A stretch of 64,000 nt of DNA from NCBI GenBank assembly GCA_964016885.1, contig OZ024743.1, forward strand, positions 377,890,001 through 377,954,000, in the 5' to 3' direction. Shown here in pieces: positions 49,971 to 61,532 of the stretch. Below the pieces are notes generated by a model. It was not told the origin of the DNA. It worked only from the letters and a program-made list of their open reading frames with translations, and did no database searches. The stretch's first letter is position 1, and each line of letters begins with the position of its first letter. Origin of the DNA: Eledone cirrhosa. Its lineage: Eukaryota. Made by a program: the position numbers and the translations under genes.

Positions 49971-52900
49971 GTGTCAGACAACATGCTTTGCAGCAGACTG
50001 TTACGGTCCTCTACAGTTTGAGTTCAAATTCCGTTTAGCTTTGCCTTTCATCCTTATGTGATGAATAAAATAAAGTTGGCTTTGTGCTAAATGTAGAAAC
50101 TATTATTGTTATAGTTACAGTTCTTTACGTTCTGAGTTCAAATCCCACCGAGGTTAACTTTACCTTTCGTCCTTACTGGGTTGATAAAATAAAATACCAG
50201 TAACGCACTGAAGTCGATTTAATCGACTTTCCCTCCCCCAAGATTGTTGGCCTTGTGCCTAAATCAAAAATTATTATTGTTAAGTAGGGTGGTTTAATAG
50301 GAACGTTAGAGCATAGGACAAAATGTATTGCATTTCCTGCCCTTCACTTTCTGGGTCAATAAAATAATGTACCAATCAGATACCAGTGTCACTTTAATTA
50401 ACTAACTGCTTACCTAAAGATTGTTTAACTCATGTTAAAATTATTTTTTTTTTTACTAGATCGCAGCAACTTTTTTGAAAATATGCTGAATTCTGTTCAA
50501 GAGCCATCGTTGGTTGGAGCTCAAGGAAATAAGGTTTTGCAGTGTCCAGCTGCCACTGGAAATGACACAGATGATGTGAGTTTTCTGAGTTGTTTTAAAT
50601 TCCATTAAGAAATGTTTTTACTGTGAAATTTGCTTCAATTTTTATATATATTGTTTCAATGAAATTATTGTAACATTTTTTTTATCTTTTCTTATAGGTC
50701 TGCGATATTTGTAGCGATCCCTTTGAGCAATTTTGGAATGAAGATGAAGAAGAGTGGCATTTAAGAAATGCTATTCGTGTTGAAGGAAAGGTGTGTGTTA
50801 AATTTCAAAACGTTAGCCCATGTTAATATTTTAGCAGTTGGGTAATCTATGTTGATGCTAGAATGTAATTTCAAAATTAACATATTTCCTGGATCAAATA
50901 ACTTTATGATTTTCCAAGCAATAATGATAATGACAAAGTTGGAATGTTACATATTTTCAATTGGTAGTTCTGGACCCTCAATTATTAGATACAACATAAA
51001 AACTTCATGTAGTACCTTCACCATTTTATATCATAGTTTATTTTGGTGAAAAGAAATGAGATTTCTGCTTCATAATTATACAGGTTTAGTTGGCTACCTA
51101 TGAAGTTTATATCTCATTGGAGGTTTCTCAGGTGTTTTAATGATAGGGGCTCCAGCCATGTCATGAAGTGTCTTGCTCAACACAACACAACACCTAATCC
51201 AGGAATCAAACCCACGACTATATGATTGATTGTGAGCCCAACATTTTAACCTCTAGGGTACACACATTCAGTTTACTTTGAAATATATTAAATCTAACTT
51301 ATAAAATGTCCTTAGAATAAATTATTAGCAGCTTCTTGCTATCAAGGTCTCAAATAAATCCATTATTCTTAAATTGGCAAATTTGTTAGAATGTTGGATA
51401 AATGCATGGCAGTATTTGTTCTGACTCTACCATTCATGGTTGAGAAAATAAAGTAGCAGTCAAATACTAAGTCAGTATAATTGACTTCCTCTCCCTACAG
51501 TTTGCTGCCCTTGTGCCTAAATTCAAAATCATTCTAACAGATTACAAATGGCTTGGGCAATAATCTGAACCTCATGTCTAATCATGGTCTTTTCACACAA
51601 ACATCATCCATTTTCCATGCTAGCATGGGTTGGGGGACTAAGATCTGCTCATGCAGAACTGATTTTGGCTTTGTTTCTAAGGCTGGATGCCCTTTCTAAT
51701 GCCAATCACATTTACAGCGTGTGCTGGGTTCTTTTTATCCTGGCACCTACACAACCACTATACAGTGTAGGCTGGGTGCTTCAGTTCTACACCATATATA
51801 CATTTGAATATAATCCAACCCCTTTTATGTCTGAGAAATAGGCAAAAATCTAAACCCTGTTTATAGGCCAAGTTTTTAATTTTTTTTTTTTATTGTTGCA
51901 TATTTCTAAGCTTACATACAAGTATATACAGTATTTCTGAATTGGCTCATTTGTTTTATATCTATTTCACAGACATATCATCCTGTTTGTTATGAAGATG
52001 TAAAAGAGGTAATTATATTTTCCTATCTCAATTATGTTAATAGAAAATGAAAATCAATTTTTGTTCATTAAATCTTGGAAATTAATACTGCTATATTAAT
52101 TTGTAACATTCTATAATGGAATTTCATAAAAGTTTTCTCACCTTAAACTTAGAAACAACAATAGTAGCTTTACATGTTTATAGTGTTCCTCACCCTAGGT
52201 GATAATCATTCTACATTTGAAGAAATATTTTCAACAATTCACTGATGATAGATTATCTCCATTCCATACTTTGATTTCTAAGTAGAGGTTTAAAACTGGT
52301 GAAAAATAACGAGATAATTATGGTAGTTGGTTACTTTTATCTCTAACCCTTTTTTGAAAATTTAGGATAATAAAAAAAAATATTGGAGATTTATAAACAA
52401 AACTCGTATGTTAAGCATTAAAAGACAATCTGAAATACTTTGAATATCTTGATTTATGTTGTTACAGTATAGATTTTTAAAAACAATATTTACTGCTGGT
52501 TATATTGGTAAAACAAAGGAATTTTAGGAAGAGTATTATTTAACCCTTTAGTTTACATTACTCTATATATACTATTATATTTTCATGGTAAAGGCTTTAC
52601 CTCACATAATATTGAATCTATGAGATTTTGGTATTATTTATTTTGAGAACAATACCTTAAGATCAATATAAGGGGCCAGTTACAGCTGGTTTGAACTGAA
52701 AGAGGTGAGAGAATTATGGCCAGTTTAAATGCTAAAGGGTTAAGATCATCATCATCATCAACGTTTAACGTCCGTGTTCCACGCTTGCATGGGTTTGGAC
52801 GGGGGTTTTCCCACTTGAGGCAAGAGTGATTGTCTTGCTCGCATAGGACTGTCTGGCAGGTTTTCTACAGTTGGATGCCCTTCCTAACACCAACCACATT

Positions 52901-53649
52901 TACAGTGTGGGTCTGGGAGGTTTTTACCGTGTTGCCTACACGGCCACATTACAGCGTGGACTGTGTGTTTTTTTGTCGTGACACCTACACGATCTCATTT
53001 GTTTCGGCCTGGATGGTGTGGCACCAACATAACTTTACATAGAAGGGGGCGGTGGGGGTGGTGGGACGGGGGTGTATTTTGTTAGAGATGCCTATTGATC
53101 AAAATTACATTTAGATATGGAAATATATTAAAATGTATTGCTGGTTATCTAAATAATACCATAATTATTAGGAGTATTTGTGAGTTGAAAATAAAATAAA
53201 ATTGTCGTTGGTATTGTTTTAAGGTTTCTTTGTCAATAAGACTTGCAAAATGAGAATGATGTTTCCATTTATTAAAATATTTTCAGAATATTGAACACAC
53301 ATCTGCAGATGTATCTCTTGAAACACCAGATACACCAGATACACCAGATACACCAGATAAAGATCCTGTTAAAGATGACAATTCCAGCTCTGCATCAAAA
53401 ACTGATACAGCAGCTACAACCGAAACTGCAGTAACTGAGACTCCATCATCAACTACATTAACTGCTGTAACTGCTTCAGTGAAACAAGAAAATTCAAGTG
53501 AAGTTCCTACATCATCAACAACATTGGCAGCAGTAACGACAGCTGTGGTATCAACTATTAATACACCTGTTACATTGGATTCTCGCATCACAGCTCAACC
53601 TATCACCACAATAGTTAGTTCTTCTGGGTTGAAACAATCCAGTCTATAA
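31414..53649 (+). CDS. PCF11: Pre-mRNA cleavage complex II protein Pcf11, whole spliced CDS (15 exons, 5589 nt, ~1862 aa)
   Basis: N-terminal CTD-interacting domain (YRSSLADLTINSKPLISMLTMLAED...KLPVLYLIDSIIKN...DPAWP...IHVNPRF). C2H2 finger CSSCG...HLDWH, Clp1-binding RKWYYEMNEW, C2HC finger CDIC...YHPVC. All 14 introns are GT-AG with phases that keep the frame. Confidence 0.93.
32511..32697. mobile_element. Family B fold-back element with degenerate inverted hammerhead copies (PCF11 intron 1)
   Basis: Arms AATTTAATATAGAAATGGCTTCTA / TAGAAGCCATTTCTATATTAAATT; internal CTGATAA-ATTC/GAAT-GAAA. Confidence 0.6.
33020..33200 (+). terminator. Candidate intronic polyadenylation signal cluster in PCF11 intron 1
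   Basis: TGTA at 33022, 33045, 33092, 33102; AATAAA 33144 and 33165, TATAAA 33155, AGTAAA 33171; downstream GTGCTTTTTCGTT. Confidence 0.55.
39564..39692 (+). CDS. PCF11: PCF11 exon 2 (VKPSQKLPVLYLIDSIIKN...FEK)
   Basis: DSI motif of the CID; TTTTCAG acceptor, GTTAG donor. Confidence 0.93.
40135..40314 (+). CDS. PCF11: PCF11 exon 3 (VDEKTR...DPAWP...IHVNPRFLVQ)
   Basis: ORF 40135; conserved CID end; AG/GT boundaries. Confidence 0.93.
40471..40614. mobile_element. Tc1/mariner (Tigger-like) MITE
   Basis: TA-CAGGGAAATTCCGTTATAA...TTATAACGGAATTTTACCTG-TA: TIRs with TA TSD. Confidence 0.7.
41767..41925 (+). CDS. PCF11: PCF11 exon 4 (coiled-coil MRKQLIAKQQELL)
   Basis: CAG/GTAAT boundaries, phase 0-0. 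Confidence 0.85.
42382..44111 (+). CDS. PCF11: PCF11 exon 5 (low complexity, RDPR repeats, R/D/S charged region)
   Basis: 600-aa ORF; long T tract plus TAG acceptor; GTTAGT donor, phase 2. Confidence 0.9.
44432..46425 (+). CDS. PCF11: PCF11 exon 6 (DLFGKEDQDYR, beta-repeat/FxGP region, Pro-rich)
   Basis: 649-aa ORF; TTTTCAG acceptor; GTTAGT donor. Confidence 0.9.
46525..46725 (+). CDS. PCF11: PCF11 exon 7 (Pro/Ala/Thr-rich)
   Basis: Open frame, phase 1-1, TAG/GTAAGT. Confidence 0.8.
47287..47417 (+). CDS. PCF11: PCF11 exon 8 (IDVASLFQKLVSAGII)
   Basis: Conserved LF.KL...GI helix; CAG/GT. Confidence 0.88.
47510..47574 (+). CDS. PCF11: PCF11 exon 9 (PEVIPDLTDFKSDKLK)
   Basis: PDLT.F motif; TAG/GTAAGT. 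Confidence 0.88.
48618..48801 (+). CDS. PCF11: PCF11 exon 10 (C2H2 zinc finger, start of Clp1-binding motif)
   Basis: GIQCSSCGIRF...HLDWHFRQN...RKWYY. Confidence 0.93.
49743..49785 (+). CDS. PCF11: PCF11 exon 11 (EWVQYKEIQDDEEK)
   Basis: Completes the RxWYxxxxxW motif; CAG/GTAAG. Confidence 0.88.
49965..50390 (+). mobile_element. Tandem Nin/Deu-type SINE copies in PCF11 intron 11
   Basis: Two clear B-box plus core copies and one degenerate copy. Confidence 0.6.
50460..50575 (+). CDS. PCF11: PCF11 exon 12 (RSNFFE...CPA)
   Basis: S.FFE motif; TAG/GTGAGT. Confidence 0.87.
50698..50790 (+). CDS. PCF11: PCF11 exon 13 (CDICSDPFEQFWNEDEEEWHLRNAIRV)
   Basis: First half of the C2HC zinc finger. 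Confidence 0.93.
51973..52008 (+). CDS. PCF11: PCF11 exon 14 (TYHPVCYEDVKE)
   Basis: YHPxCY completes the C2HC finger; CAG/GTAAT. Confidence 0.9.
52540..52743. mobile_element. piggyBac-like MITE, inverted relative to the 435-632 copy
   Basis: TTAA-CCCTTTAG...CTAAAGGG-TTAA termini; interior matches 435-632. Confidence 0.65.
52745..53095 (-). mobile_element. RTE 3'UTR fragment
   Basis: Near-identical to 16395-16730; (CAT)n tail. Confidence 0.75.
53287..53649 (+). CDS. PCF11: PCF11 terminal exon (S/T-rich tail, (TPD)4, stop TAA)
   Basis: TTTTCAG acceptor; 120 open codons to TAA 53647-53649. Confidence 0.75.
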   Translation, partial: NIEHTSADVSLETPDTPDTPDTPDKDPVKDDNSSSASKTDTAATTETAVTETPSSTTLTAVTASVKQENSSEVPTSSTTLAAVTTAVVSTINTPVTLDSRITAQPITTIVSSSGLKQSSL

Positions 53650-54031
53650 GAGCAGTTGACTTAGTTACATATGAACATTTCCCTGCTGGCAAGAAATACC
53701 TTCATAAAATGAACATTAATACTGTTTAATTCATCTGTAAATAACAATGCTCTTTTTTGCCTACTGTTTAAGACAAACATGTTCCCCATTTGAACACAAC
53801 ATATTTCCTTCTTCATATTCTCTCTTTCTCTTTTTAAACATTCTCAATGTCTGCCTGAGGCTTCTAATTAGAATAAGAGGAAAGAGAAAATTGTATGAGT
53901 GTTAGTGTTTATTTTTATTTTCTGACCTACTTGATATAAGGTCTATGTGATACATGCTACTGTGATGAATATTCCAAGGAAAGGGCTGTGATACATATTT
54001 CTTCCATGGCAGCAGTGTAAACGGGTAAATT

Positions 54032-54037
54032 AATAAA
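54032..54037 (+). terminator. Candidate PCF11 poly(A) signal AATAAA
   Basis: About 380 nt after the stop, followed by a U/GU-rich stretch (GTTTTCTGTTTTC). Confidence 0.45.
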
Positions 54038-54104
54038 AATCAAAAAGAAAAACGTTTTCTGTTTTCATTATTTATACTCGTGTTTCTTAAACCATGATGT
54101 AATT

Positions 54105-54344
54105 CAGAGGTTCTCAAACTGTTTGGGCCAGTAACCCCCGCCACTATTTCCGGAGAGACCTGCCTACACGCAAATTGTAAATAATATATAATTAAAAAAA
54201 TTGTTAATTGATATATACTATGTATAAATAGATGTATATTTTTTATTTTACTATATATATAATATGTATCATTTGATATTTAATATACTATTATATCATC
54301 TCTACTGCCCCCTTAGGCCCCAGCACCCACTTTGAGAACCTCTG
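54105..54344. mobile_element. hAT (Charlie-like) MITE
   Basis: TIR CAGAGGTTCTCAAA/TTTGAGAACCTCTG; 8-bp TSD ATGTAATT/ATGTAATA. Confidence 0.8.
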
Positions 54345-56612
54345 ATGTAATATTTGAACTGGTAGTGCTTGTGCTATGATCAAAAGCATCCAGTCTACAC
54401 TGTAAAGTGGTAGTGCTGGTGCCATGATAAAATACTCTCAGTACATATTAAAGTGGTTGGCATCCATTTGTAGAATACGTGTGTATATATAAGGTTTCCA
54501 GTTAGTAAAGCTATTCAAGCATCATTTTACATTTGCTTTTCCACACTGGCATAGGTTGAACCATTAGAATGTTTTGTGGTATTTATTCTGGCTCTGCACT
54601 CTAAATTCCAATCCCACTTAGGTCAACTTTGCTTGTCATCCTTTTAGGTTTGATAAAGTACCAGTCTAGTACATTCTCTCTGGAAGAAATGTCCAAGACA
54701 AAACCCTTACAACTACATCAATAGTTGAAGGAAGGGCTGAAGAAAGTATATATAAGAATGAAGAATAATGTATTCTGGAATCTTATCAATTTATTAATCA
54801 TGTCATTGTTATATGGATTTCAATGGCATCAATTATGTAGTTGATAAGATTTCATCAGACAGCCATTATGTAACCCCTTATGGAGTCGATAAAATAAAGT
54901 ACCAGTAATGCACTGGGGTCAATTTAATCAACCTCCTCGCTCCAAATTGCTGGCCATATGCCTAAAGTAGAAATCATTATGTAATTATTCATACTACAAT
55001 ATGTTCAGGATGAGTGTTTTCAATGTTGGCACTTCAAGCCCAGCAAACATAAATCTTGTTAAAGGACTCACTATAGAGCATCACTTGGGGTGTGCCCACT
55101 TCAATCATTGATTAAATGCATCTCTCCTATGATCGTTTGTCATCATTTCTACCAGAATACTGCTTTATTCTTTATTCTTATGTAAAAGCTCTGTTGTACA
55201 TAAACCTGAGTGACTATATCACAGTCTGGACACTGCTACGTTGAGTGTTGAAACTTGTTTACACAAGTACAATTGGGAATCAGTTATCAATTAATGAACA
55301 TGAATGGACCAAATATGTATACCATATATACTAGAATATAAGCCAACCCCCTATTTTATGTCTAAGAAATAGGCGTAAATCCAAGCCCCATGTATAAGCT
55401 GAGGCAGCTAATCAACACGTTTAGATGGTGTGGTTTTGAAATTCTCAACTGTAGAATATATGAAGTTTTAATATTTTGATATTTAAAATTTTTTAAGTGT
55501 CTTTTAAAGTTTAGTTTTTGTTTCACACCTCCATTATGATTTTTTTTACCAATTTCCAACCGTTTTCATATTCATTAAAAACATGTGAAAAGCAACAGGA
55601 AAAACAAATTTGATCTCCAAAGCAAAAATATTTATGTAGAATTTAAAGTTGGTGAAAATCCTGACCTTGAACATAATCTGACCCCCACCCCCATTTCACT
55701 TTTGTTTTTGTTTTGTTTTGTTTTTTTTGTCACATATTTCTCAGCTTATATCTGGTATAGAGCAACAAGATGTTGACCATGAGTGGAAACAAATGAAGTG
55801 TACAGGTTCTGCTGAATTTATGTTAGTGTGTGAACTGAAAGAAAAACTGAGTGTAAACAAAAAGACTTTCAACAAAGTCCCTATCAAATTTCACAAAAAA
55901 CGGGATCCCAGAGAACTGCATTGCAATCTTTAGAAATATTTAAGTCAAGCTCTGTAAAGATGGAAAATGTAAACACTAGATAGTTTGACATCACACTGGA
56001 GTTTTCCATGGCTGTATCTTGTTACCATTCCTCTTTCTACTAATCATGGATTTCATCATGAAAAGAATCTGTGAGGAACAATGAATAAGGCATTCAGTGG
56101 GATAATCAGTGACAGTTGAATGACCTGTATCACGGTTTTTAAAATAGGTACGCCGTATCTCTATATGTTATAAGAGGCAACTAAAAGGGTTGGTGTCAAG
56201 AGGGGCATACAATTGTAAAATATTGTCTTATAACATCCCTTCCAATCCATGCCAGCATGGATAATGATGATTACATTGTTGTTCTAGACTCCAGAGACTC
56301 TACGACAGCTGACTTAAGTTATTGAGAGAAATGATGAAGAAAACCAGATTGGAAATTAATGCAAAAAAAAGACAAAGGTCATGAAGAGGAAATAAAGAAC
56401 AGGATTGAAGTCATAACTTTCTATCTGTGAACTCGAAAATACATGGCATTCCCTTTTCTCTCTCTATGTATGAACATATCTCTCACTTGGTGCTCCTCCT
56501 CTCTTTCTATATAAATGAGGGCAAAGTCATAACTTTATGTCTATCTACTTCTTTCTGTCACCTCAAAAATACAGTGTTCCCTTTTCTCTCTCTATCTATT
56601 TACATATCTCTC

Positions 56613-59600
56613 TTTTACAAAACACTGAAAATAAATTTCACGGAGGACGTGCCTCCCCCCCCCCCTCCTGCGCCAAACCAATCAACTGCGTCCTCCTAAA
56701 AAATGTCACCCCCCACCTCACCCAGACACCCACTCAACCACAAACACCCCAACCCCACAACACACTGATGCCCCTTCACTTCCACAAACCACCACCCCAC
56801 CCAACAACCCATCCCCAACCAGCATGGAAATTGAGCGGCCCGTTTCCCGGGACGCAGAGAGGTAAGTGCCTTTTCTCCTTGCCACCAACATGGCTGTGCT
56901 AAGAGTAGGGTGTCTAAATGCGCATGGCCTAGGCTCATCTTGGAAGCAAGCAATGCTTCTAAATGACCTCAGGTCACAATCTATAAATGTGGTGGTTATC
57001 TGCGAGGCCCGGATCAGCAGCATGCGACAGCTAGCCCCCACCTTTGACGACTTTGAGATGCACGCATCTCTCTGTCAGCCCGGAGGTGGGGGTGGGGTTG
57101 TCGTTCTGCTGCAAAAACATATGGGCCTTGCCACACAGATAGTTCACTTGGACCCAGGGGGTCGACTGGTGGTGCTGGACCTTGGCAGTGGTGAAGGTAG
57201 AGCCTTTAGGCTGGTAGCCGCATATGCCCCTTTTGGGACAGAGCGGCCCGACTTTTTCCAGCGTCTGGAGTCTTTTGTAGGGACGACCCGTTCCCTGCTT
57301 TTAGTGGGGGACTGGAATGGTATCTGGATGCACGTTGGGACTATGCAGGGGCATGTCCCGATAGAGAGGGGTGCAACAGCCTCAAGGGGTTACTCGGCCG
57401 ATTTGACCTGGCCGATAGATTTCGACTAGATTTTCCGACGGTGCCAACCTGGTCTTGGTCAAATCGCAGCGGATCATCTAGGTCGTACCTAGATAAGTTT
57501 TTAGTTAGAAATAAGGACAGGGACTTTTTAAGTTGTCCAGAAATGCTCATGGTTGGCTATTCAGACCACAAGTTGGTGACCTGCATGGTCAACCTTGATA
57601 GAACGCATAGACAGGGCCCCGGTTACTGGAAGCTCAACTTGTCCTTACCGGCAAGTAGAGCTTACAGGGATCGGATTAGTACGTTAGTTAAGGAACGGTT
57701 GACTGGAGCGATCGTCAACAGCAGGTGGTGGGTATCTCTAAAGAGAGTGATAAGAGTAGTCTCGATAGAATTTAGTAAGGTTCTAGCTGCGGATAGGAAT
57801 AGGAAGGAAAGGGGGCTAATAGATAGAGTAGAAGAGGCAATTAGAAGCGGCGACGTGGCCAGAGTGCTAGCGTCGAGAACGGCTTTGAGCCAGTTTTTCA
57901 ACGCGAAGCACAAAGGCTGCGTTGTCCGAAGTAAAATACGTGCTCTAGGGAACGAGGGGACCAAAGCTGTTAGCTGGGCCCGCGTGACAGAGGCCAACAG
58001 TGGAACTAAATCCACCATCCGGTCTTTGCGAGACCAGGATGGACGGGCGATTCTTGAGCCTAAGCAGATGTGTGAGGCCTTTCAAAGGCACTTTGCCCGA
58101 CTGTTCGGAAGGGGCAGGGAGCCGGTTGGGGATGTGGACTTCAGTCCATACCTCGACGGCCTGCCGCGTCTCTCGGACAGGGAGGCGAAGTCCTGCGAGG
58201 AGCCGATTTCGGCCGCTGAGATAGAGGACGTGCTGAGCCAATGCGGCAAACGCAAATCCCCGGGTCTCGATGGTCTTCCATATGAATTATATCTAGCTAT
58301 GCCGGACTTGTTCCCCAATCTCCTCGAGGCGGTCTACTGCAACTGGCAACAGAACGGGAGAATTCCCTGTACTGTGACCAAGGGCGTAGTCACGCTAGTG
58401 AGGAAGGACGAGAACAAGGGGGACGAAATAAGTAACTTCAGGCCCATAACTCTGCTAAATACAGAGTTACAGATTTTGGCCAAGGTGCTAGCAAAGAGGT
58501 TGGCGCTTGTCGTGGGCAACCTGGTGGGAGATGCGCAGACATGTGCTATCCCGTCCAGGTCCATCCATGACAACCTCCACCTCATGCGATACATCATAGA
58601 GAGGGTTGGGAACGAACCCGGCTTTGGTGGGGCTCTGATCAACTTGGATCAATCTAAGGCGTTCGATAGGGTCGACCATGGTTACCTGGATGCAGTGCTA
58701 GAGGCGGCAGGCTTCGGACCCGTTTTCAGGGGCTGGATCACTGCTATGCACAGCAGCCGCATCTGCTCTAGGGTCAAGGTGAACGGCTACCTCTCGGAGC
58801 CGTTCAAAATCGCGCGGTCCATCCGACAAGGGTGCCCTCTCTCCTCCCTTCTGTATGTGTTGACTCTCGAGCCACTACTGCGGAAGTTGGAGTTGTTGCA
58901 GGGCATCCCTTTGGAACCGGGATTGCGGAAAGCGGTGTCGGCCTACGCTGATGACGTGACAGTAATGGTGTCGACGGCCTCCGAAATCGGGGCGGTCGGC
59001 ACCTTACTGGAGGAGTATGAAAAGTTCACAGGGGCTAAGCTGAACCGGGACAAGTCGATCGGTTTGCAACTCGGCACGTGGAGGGGCAAACCGATGCCCT
59101 CCGATGGCATCGTCGGATGCTGGACGGAGGGCCCGGTGAAGTTGCTCGGGGTCTGGTTCGGACCGGACCTCTAGGTGGAGAAGAACTGGGCGGAGGTTAC
59201 GAACAGGGTGTTTGCACTGACCCAGAAGTGGGCCAGTTGCAAACTATCCCTGAAAGGTCGGGCGGAGGTGGCGAACACCTATATAGCGTCCGTCATCTAC
59301 TACCGCCTGACCGTAGTGCCCTGCCCAAGGAAACCCTCGCCAAGATGGAGCGCGCGCGCTTCCAATTCCTTTGGAAGAGGCAGGCTCCTATGGTGAGGAG
59401 ATCCATCTGCTGTCAACACCCTTCGAAAGGAGGGCTGGGGATGCCGTGGCTAATGATGCGTAAACACGCATTAAGGCTACGGCACCTCTACGTATTCCTC
59501 ACCGGTCAACCGGTGTGGGCCTCGTTTGTGAAACGAACCTTTCCCAGACTCGTCTCACTCACCGAGCTGCAATCCTGGGTCAAGCAAAGACCGAGAAAAC

Positions 59601-60589
59601 TGGGCGCCTGGCACACTGAGTGTGCCCAGGCGCTCACCGCCCTCTGGCAGGCGGATCCGGTTATCAGTGGAGACTCCACCGCAACATTCTATAGAGGGCT
59701 GGTACGCAGCAGGTGCGACGACGCCCTCGGAGAAGCCCTAGACATGGAGGAGGACGAACTGGCCAGCCTGTTCGGTAGGACATTCAGCCCGGGACCTATG
59801 GACAACTTCCAGAAGTCCCTGGCCTGGCAGTGCTACCAAGGGGCTCTACCCGTTCGAGAAAAGCTCTACAGACATGGGCGCCCGGGTAGGGACCCCACCA
59901 AAAAGATCTGTCCCAGATGCGTGTGCAACGAGGAAACCGTTGCACACGCATTGGTACACTGCTCGGGCGTAGCCGATCTGTGGGGCTATGTCGAACAACT
60001 GCTGTCAAGGGTGGGACCGATCCGGTTGACCACCGAGTCTATTGTAATGATCAAGCCGCCTCCCCCCTTCAAAGATGAAGGAGAGGCGATGTTTCTGTGC
60101 GTAATAGCCATGGTGAAAGAAGTTGTATGGTGGACACGTCTGAAAGGACTGAGGTCAGGCACCTTTCTCTCTGGCCAACAACTGGTCCGTTTCTTCCGAT
60201 ATCATTTCGGAAGAAGGATCAGGATGGAGAGAGAGGTGCTCCACCCCAGTCGTTTTTATGAAAGATGGGTGAAAGTGGCGAGAATGGCCCGTGTGAATGG
60301 GCCTTCTCTTTACATAAGCCTGTAGGTGGAAAAGAGGAAGGAACGAGGGAGCACCCCGTCTCTGTGCTCCTGAGGAGAAGGGTTGCACACTTTTTTCGAG
60401 GGTGTGTGCGAACCCCCAAGGCGCCTCCTCTCTATGGAGGATTTTGTTATAAATTTTATTTTTTGTTATATTTTATTTTATTTTTATATTTTGTTATTGC
60501 CTCCTCCTTATTGAGGAGGCCTTTTTGTGTAAACTCCCCCCATTGTACTTGTCCCACTTTTGATGCCCTGGTGGCAAATAAAAGAAACA
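56613..60589 (+). mobile_element. Tx1/L1-clade non-LTR retrotransposon, 5'-truncated in ORF1, 20-bp TSD
   Basis: TSD TATCTATTTACATATCTCTC at 56593-56612 and 60590-60609; 3' end GGCAAATAAAAGAAACA; much more GC-rich than the flanks. Confidence 0.9.
56890..60325 (+). pseudogene. Disrupted Tx1-type ORF2 (APE endonuclease, reverse transcriptase, C-terminal CCHC)
   Basis: LNAHGL, VGDWN, SYLD, SDH (APE); KSPGLDG, FRPITLLN, DQSKAFDRV, RQGCPLS, YADD (RT); CPRC...HALVHC. Frameshift near 57325, TAG at 59172, frameshift near 59330. Confidence 0.92.
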
Positions 60590-60919
60590 TATCTATTTAC
60601 ATATCTCTCACTTGGCCCTCCTCCTCTCTATATAAAGTGAGCATGAAGGATGAACAGACAGACAGCACTCTTATTATATAGATTATTAAATCCCTTTAAA
60701 TTCTTAATTATATTCAAAATCATAAGCAGTGTCTTTCATTGGAAATATAGTACAAAAGGGTTAAAGAAAATCATTATGATGAAGACTTCAAGACATGAAG
60801 AATGCATGTGGCTGGTTATGTCAAAGACACAACACGATACTACAGTCTAGGAATTGAACCCACAACAATATGACTGCAACTCCAACACCATAACCACCAG
60901 ACTACATGAAAGTTATACA

Positions 60920-61115
60920 ACAATAACCAGCAATTTAGAGGAAGGGGAAGTAAGCTTATTATACTGAACCCAGTCATTAACTGGTACTTTATTTGCTCGA
61001 CTCCAGAAGGATGAAAGGCAAAGTTGACCATGGTAGAATTCTCACTCAGAGTGCAGACAACGAAAACAAATACTGTAAAGTATTCTGGAGTTCTAATGAC
61101 TCTGCCAAACTCAAA
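60920..61115 (-). mobile_element. Nin/Deu-type SINE
   Basis: GAAGGATGAAAGGCAAAGTTGACC core on the plus strand. Confidence 0.55.
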
Positions 61116-61224
61116 CAATTGATAAACAGGATTATGTATCTCACAAAATAGATGATAGCACTGTATGCCTAAAACTAATTTTCAAAAATGATTTTAATCA
61201 TCAAACTGAAAACCACGTGTGTAG

Positions 61225-61532
61225 CTCAGAGATTAGAGAGGCGCTCCAAGTAGAGCCGCTTCTTCTCCGAATTGAGAGATCACAACTCCAATGTTATGGG
61301 CATGTGGTTAGAATGTCTCTGGAAAAAATTACTGGACAGATTTTATGGGCAAAATCAACTGGCAGTAGACCCTGAGCAAGATGGTTGGGTAACATCCTTG
61401 AGCTTGGCTGGTCTCACTTGGGGATTCAGCTGGATCAGTTGGAGATGGTTGCTTCTGACAGGACCCGCTGGAAGGAGTGTTTGAAGATTCTTCCCTCACG
61501 ACCCTCTCAGGAATAAGTGGGCAAAGAAGCAA
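61225..61532 (+). mobile_element. RTE-clade LINE 3' fragment, second family
   Basis: 3' end CAGGAATAAGTGGG..AAGAAG shared with 20385-20430(-). Confidence 0.65.

Noticed and set aside
56613-60589. GC-rich island as bacterial contamination or a prokaryotic RT system
   Set aside because: APE-RT-CCHC domain order, 3' AATAAA end and flanking TSD identify a eukaryotic non-LTR retrotransposon integrated in host DNA.
57341-60681. Several overlapping short ORFs within the Tx1 element
   Set aside because: Expected in GC-rich coding DNA. Only the frames carrying EN/RT/CCHC motifs (including 59175..59396) belong to the broken ORF2.
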